Shown here: one piece after another, positions 45,182 to 64,000 of the stretch | Position numbering within the stretch: the stretch's first letter is position 1 | Layout: each line of letters opens with the position of its first letter | From: the human T2T-CHM13v2.0 reference genome, Homo sapiens | Reading direction: 5' to 3' (one strand) | Assembly: GCF_009914755.1 (NCBI RefSeq) | Contig: NC_060940.1 | Length of the DNA stretch: 64,000 nt | Program-made: the position numbers and the translations under genes | Notes under the pieces: model-generated | The model's database searches: none | What the model saw: the letters and a program-made list of their open reading frames with translations, nothing else | Told to the model about the DNA's origin: nothing

Positions 45182-45558
45182 CTGAAAGGTCTGGGGGGTG
45201 CGCAGATCTCTCTGGCTTCTGTCCTGTCTGAAAGGTTTGGGGGGTGCGCAGATCTCGCTGGCTTCTGTCCTGTCTGAAAGGTTTGGGGGGTGCGCAGAGC
45301 TCTCTGGCTTCTGTCCTGTCTGAAAGGTTTGGGGGGTGCGCAGATCTGTCTGGCTTCTGTCCTGTCTGAAAGGTTTGGGGGGTGCGCAGATCTCGCTGGC
45401 TTCTGTCCTGTCTGAAAGGTTTGGGGGGTGGGCAGATCTGTCTGGCTTCTGTCCTGTCTGAAAGGTTTGGGGGGTGCTCAGATCTGTCTGGCTTCTGTCC
45501 TGTCTGAAAGGTTTGGGGGGTGGGCAGATCTGTCTGGCTTCTGTCCTGTCTGAAAGGT
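45182..45558. repeat. Minisatellite/VNTR: 46-bp unit x8 plus 9 bp
   Basis: Unit ctgaaaggtttggggggtgcgcagatctgtctggcttctgtcctgt; unit starts at 45182, 45228, ... 45550. Confidence 0.95.
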
Positions 45559-45744
45559 ACTCATGAGCATTTCTTGTCAAGCCCAAGCTTGGGTTCAAAA
45601 TCAGGAGGGGATTGGGGAGTGTGGGCTGGTAGGAACTTGGGCAGATAACTTAATCTGAGCCTCAGTTTTCTCATCTGTGAAGGTGGGCGTGACAAAGCTA
45701 ACTCACAGGACTGCGAGCACATCAAACATTTGGTTGGTTCTTAG

Positions 45745-56970
<11,226 letters not shown>

Positions 56971-58009
56971 GGACTGAGCCCACACTCTTAATCCCTCCAT
57001 GTGGGGCCTCCTGTTGTGTAGACACAGTCCTCTGGCTTTCATTGTCCCAATAGCCCTCGAGTCCACCCGCCTCTCTTCACCCCTCCACAATTGACCTAGT
57101 TCAGGCCAACGTCCCCCCTCACCCAACATCTGCAGTGACCTCCTCACAAGTTCTTGTCCTGCCTGCTCCCAACCCGTGTTCCACCCAGAAGCCATGGAAA
57201 TCTAAATCTAAACCTTCCTAAGTATAGACCTGATTGGGACACCGTCCCTGCCCATGGCTCTCTGGAGTGTCCACTTTGCCCCTGCCACCCTGGCCCCGCT
57301 TCCTCTCCATGGGCAGGCTCAGTCCTAGCTCACCTGGAGTCTTTGCACCTGCTGGTCCCTCGGTCTTGGGGGCTCCCCTTGCCCCTCTCCCACTCCATCT
57401 TCCCCTGGTCGGGTCCTCATCCATCTTCAGCTTTTGTTTCAAACCAGGTCCCACCCAGGCCCCTGCGAATTTTCCCACCTTCCCCCCATTCTTTGCCTTC
57501 ATCATGCTTGTCCCAGCTTATTATTCATTGAATTCTAGGTGTCATTGTCCTGCTCCCTTTTTAGGGGTTGGGTGGGGACCCTCTCTCTCTTGAACCATTG
57601 CATCCTTCATCCCTGGCACAGTGCTTGATACAAGAGAGGGGCTGACGTGGAGCTGGCAATGAGTGAGCTGGTGGGGCCCGGCTGGGCAGGAGAGACAGTG
57701 CCTAAATGGGCTTCTGCAGTCTGGATTTTCTGGCATGTGGGGGAAGGTAGCCCCCCGTGTGACTCCTCAAAGCCACGTAGTCCTGATTCCCATGTTCCTC
57801 CCTGACCCGCTCCCCAATTTGCTCCCACGCTTCTCACAATCATGATCTTTCCTCATCGATCTCCCCACTTTTCTCTCCTTTTTCGCTCTTCCCACTGAAG
57901 TTTCCCCATGCTTGCCACGAGCAAGGTGGGAAGGAGGGGCTCCATTTCTCTGTCCCCTGTCCCTGGCGTAGACGCAGCTGTGGTTGAACTCCCATGTCGG
58001 GGCTCCAGG

Positions 58010-58028
58010 CGGCCTGTAGAGGGCAGTA
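58010..58028 (+). promoter_or_regulatory. CTCF core motif
   Basis: cggcctgtagagggcagta fits the CTCF consensus (Y)GGCC(A/T)(C/G)YAG(A/G)GGGC(A/G)(C/G)TA at essentially every position. Confidence 0.55.
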
Positions 58029-58784
58029 ATGCTGCAGCTATGGCCACAGGGAGCGCTGCCTGGATGGGGGAAAGCGGCATCGGAGCAGCTCACAAGCCCT
58101 CCGTGGGCATGAGCAAGGCAGACCCCTAAGCCCTCCGTGGGCATGAGCGTGGTGGACCCCTTTGCCCTCCTTTCCCCGGAGATAGAGAAACCCCATCTTT
58201 CTGTTAAGTCTGCACACGTTCTCTGCCTCAGGAATAGCTGCCCTGAAAAATTTCTATTTGATAAAATAAGCAATGACTTCAGTATAAAGAACAAAATTTT
58301 AAATGTGCGTTTTTCTTTTTTTTTTTTTTTTTTTGAGATGGAGTCTCGCTCTGTCACCCAGGCTGGAGTGCAGTGGCGTGAGCTCAGCTCACTGCAACCT
58401 CTGCCTCCAGGGTTCAAGTGTTCTCCTGCCTCAGCCTCCCATATAACTGGGATTACAGGCGAGTGCCACCATGCCTGGTTAATTTTTGTATCTTTAGTAG
58501 AGACGGGGTGGTCTCGAACTCCTGACCTCAAGTGATCTACCTGCCTCAGCCTCCCAAAGTTCTGGGATTACAGGCGTGAGCCCTGCGCCCAGCCAAAGTG
58601 GTGTTTTTGTCTCCTGGGCAATGTTGAAGGGTTAATAACTAAGACTTTACTAATGTAAGGTGCATGAAGAAAAGTGTCACAAAATATTTTGCAGTTCATC
58701 ACCTATTCACACTGTGACTTTGATCAGGTCACTAACTTCTCAGTTTCCTCGTTTGTAAAAGGGGATTAAAGATAGGATCTACCT

Positions 58785-59550
<766 letters not shown>

Positions 59551-59888
59551 CCTAATAATGCACTAATAGCTTTCTCCAGAAGATTAAATGAGATACTGTG
59601 TGCAACTTGCCTATTGCAGTCATGACATATTGTAAACACTCAGTAAAAGCTAGCTTTTTATTATTAGCTTATCTAGCATCATGTTATAATAACTGTCCCT
59701 TAGTCCCAATGAAAACTCTAGGGATGAGTTCTGGAAAAAAGAAAAGATCAAGCAGCTGGGCACGGCTGCTCATGCCTGTAATCCCAGCACTTTGGGAGGC
59801 TGAGGTGGGCAGATCATGAGGTCAGGAGTTTGAGACCAGCCTGGCCAACATGCTGAAACCCCATCTCTACTAAAAATACAAAAAATTA

Positions 59889-60068
<180 letters not shown>

Positions 60069-60691
60069 TCACCTAGAAATGATATCATTTGAGTTGTTCT
60101 GTTAATTAGTTTTAGCTGACAAAGCTCAGCCTTACACATTTGCATCACATTTGCATGGTATTTTAATTGGGAGGAAAGTCATACATTCTTTTCAATAGCC
60201 ATGTTTACAAATACATAGCTTAATTGTCCCACATTTGAAACCCAGCTTTCAAAACAATTTTTTTTTTTTTTGCTAGGTCTTATAGGATAGGACTGATCAA
60301 AACAATTTAGTCACATTCTTTTCCAGGTCTTTCTCCATTTCCAAAAACGTATCTGGGCATTTTTTTTTTTTCAGGAGCTATTGGTCCTAGTTTAACTTTG
60401 TGCTTTGTAACCTATGGATGGGTTCATTTCATTTTTGTATTTTTAGTAGAGATGGGGTTTCACCATCTTGGCCAGGCTGGTCTCGATCTACTGACCTCGT
60501 GATCTGCCCGCCTCAGCCTCCCAAAGTGCTGGGATTATAGGCATGAGCCACTGTGCCCGGACAGTATCGTTACTTTTAACATTTAATAACCACAAACATT
60601 TAACAATATTAAATATAACATTTGGGAAGAAGATATAATGCCTGTTACTACCCTACATTGATTAAAAAACCAGTAAGTACTAATATTTTAA

Positions 60692-60973
<282 letters not shown>

Positions 60974-61785
60974 TAGGCCTCCCAAAATGCTGGGACTACA
61001 GGCGTGAGCCACTGCGTTGGGCCGAACCTGACTCTGACTTTCTCGTATTCCGCTCTGTGTCTCCTTAACAGCTTGAGTTTAGTATTTCTTAACATGGAAG
61101 GGGAGCCACCAGTTAATTGCTCATGAATTTTACGCAATGTTGAGTGCGGGAAAGGCTCTTTGAGTGAATCCAAACAGTACCCTTTCTGGGAGAGCAGGCT
61201 GAGAACAAGGAACCCGTCCAAGGTCCTCTGGACCTGGTGGCTGAGCAGGACTTTGGGAAAAGGCTTTGCCTGGAGGCTGCACAGCTATGAGGTTGAGAGG
61301 GAGGGCCTCCGGGCCACCTGCTGGAATGTGGCTTTGGAACCCACTAGACGTGTGACCTAGAGCAAGTCATGTGACTGCTCGGTGCCTCGGTTTCCTCATC
61401 TGTGAAACTGCTATGAATGGTACCCGCCTCATGAGGATTAGGAGAGGGAATGTATTTAGGGTGTTTAGTGCTGTGCTTGGCACTTGGTGATGGTTCAATC
61501 GTACACAAATCTTCCGAGATGTTCAGTGCAGGAAAGCATCTTTGGATAAATCCAGGAGGTGCCCTTTCCAGGTGAGCGGGCTGAGGACAAGGAACATGCC
61601 CAAGGTCTTCTTGGGTCTGGGGGCTGAGCAGGATTTGCCACTCATTTCAAGGCCATTCCTCTAAACTGCACCCTGGTGATGCTTGTCCTGCAGTCCCGCC
61701 TAGATGTGGGCATGGGGGAGCTTGGAGTTTGCAGCCAGGCACCCCCAAGTAAGAATCCGGGCTTCCCCACTTCTTGGATGTGTGA

Positions 61786-62248
<463 letters not shown>

Positions 62249-62528
62249 TGAGGTGGGAGGATTGCTTGAGCCCAGAAATTCAAGTTCAGCATGGGCAACT
62301 TAGTGAGATTCCCCATATCTCTCTCAGAAAAAGAGACCACTTATTCATTCATTCATTTATCCAGCAAATATTTGTTTCTGTCTTTCATGAATCAGGAGCC
62401 TGTCTAGAGATAAACATTAAAAAATTAGGGAATCATTTAGCAAATTGGAAGAATGTAGGTGCTATAGGGAAAAAGCAGAGAATGGGGAAGAGGTGAATCT
62501 TAGATAGCAGTTGAAGATACTCAGTTTA

Positions 62529-63530
<1,002 letters not shown>

Positions 63531-64000
63531 TCCCTCAGAGGCAGAATGGGAAACAGCAAGTGGTAATTTTATAAAAGGACACTTCTGCAAAGCCCTGAAG
63601 GGGGCGAGGGAGTGAGGAAGTTGTGAGGTGTGGGCACAGAAAGTGCAAATGCCCCAGGGCAGGAATGTGCTGATGGTTTGAGGGTGAGGATGGAAGGCGG
63701 TATGGCAAGAGCGGAGTGAGGGATAGAGTTTGCCGGAGTGAGGGATAGAGTTTGCCGGAAGGACCTTGGCTGGGCGAGGTCAAGTTTAGCTGTTGAAAAC
63801 CATCCACTCGCTGGGCGTGGTGGCTCAGGCCTGTAATCCCAGCACTTTGGGAGGCTGAGGCGGGTGGATCACCTGAGGTCAGAAGTTCAAGACCAGCCTG
63901 GTGAACATGGTGAAACCCTGTCTCTACTAAATATACAAAAATTAACCGGGTGTGGTGGTGGGCGCCTGTAATCTCAGCTATTCAGGAGGCTGAGGCAGGA

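Noticed and set aside
45182-45558. Regularly spaced repeats as a CRISPR-like array
   Set aside because: The units are contiguous with no unique spacers, and the context is eukaryotic; this is a minisatellite.
45065-45598. 177-aa repetitive ORF
   Set aside because: It is simply the translation of the 46-bp VNTR, with no promoter or splice support.
63712-63759. 22-bp tandem duplication (cggagtgagggatagagtttgc x2)
   Set aside because: Real, but an ordinary slippage duplication with no sign of function.

Overview
This is primate (almost certainly human) genomic DNA, very rich in Alu. It contains one complete protein-coding gene on the + strand: HAPSTR1 (C16orf72/TAPR1), a HUWE1-associated stress-response protein. 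The four coding exons (10856-11081, 11732-11812, 21795-22070, 35478-35722) splice via GT-AG introns into an 828-nt ORF of 275 aa. The gene has a CpG-island promoter (~9.0-12.1 kb) and a long 3' UTR with several AATAAA sites (~36.9, 38.0, 38.5, 39.0 and 40.4 kb). The flanks (1-9 kb, 41-64 kb) are intergenic and packed with Alu, old L1, MaLR LTR, MER20 and L2/MIR relics, plus an internally deleted 7SL retrocopy and a 46-bp VNTR. Most ORFs in the supplied track are Alu or GC-rich artefacts. I found no wholly new gene system. The most interesting signals concern HAPSTR1 architecture and regulation: exon 2 looks like a tandem duplicate of the end of exon 1; read-through of the exon 3 donor gives a 198-aa isoform lacking the NLS; the 5' UTR has a strong-Kozak 4-codon uORF and a G4 motif; intron 1 has a YY1 motif cluster; intron 2 has a candidate poison exon and a perfect 18-bp hairpin; inverted Alus flank exon 3 symmetrically; and the 3' UTR has clustered miR-200b/c sites. 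Repeat boundaries and subfamily names are approximate and were assigned by eye.
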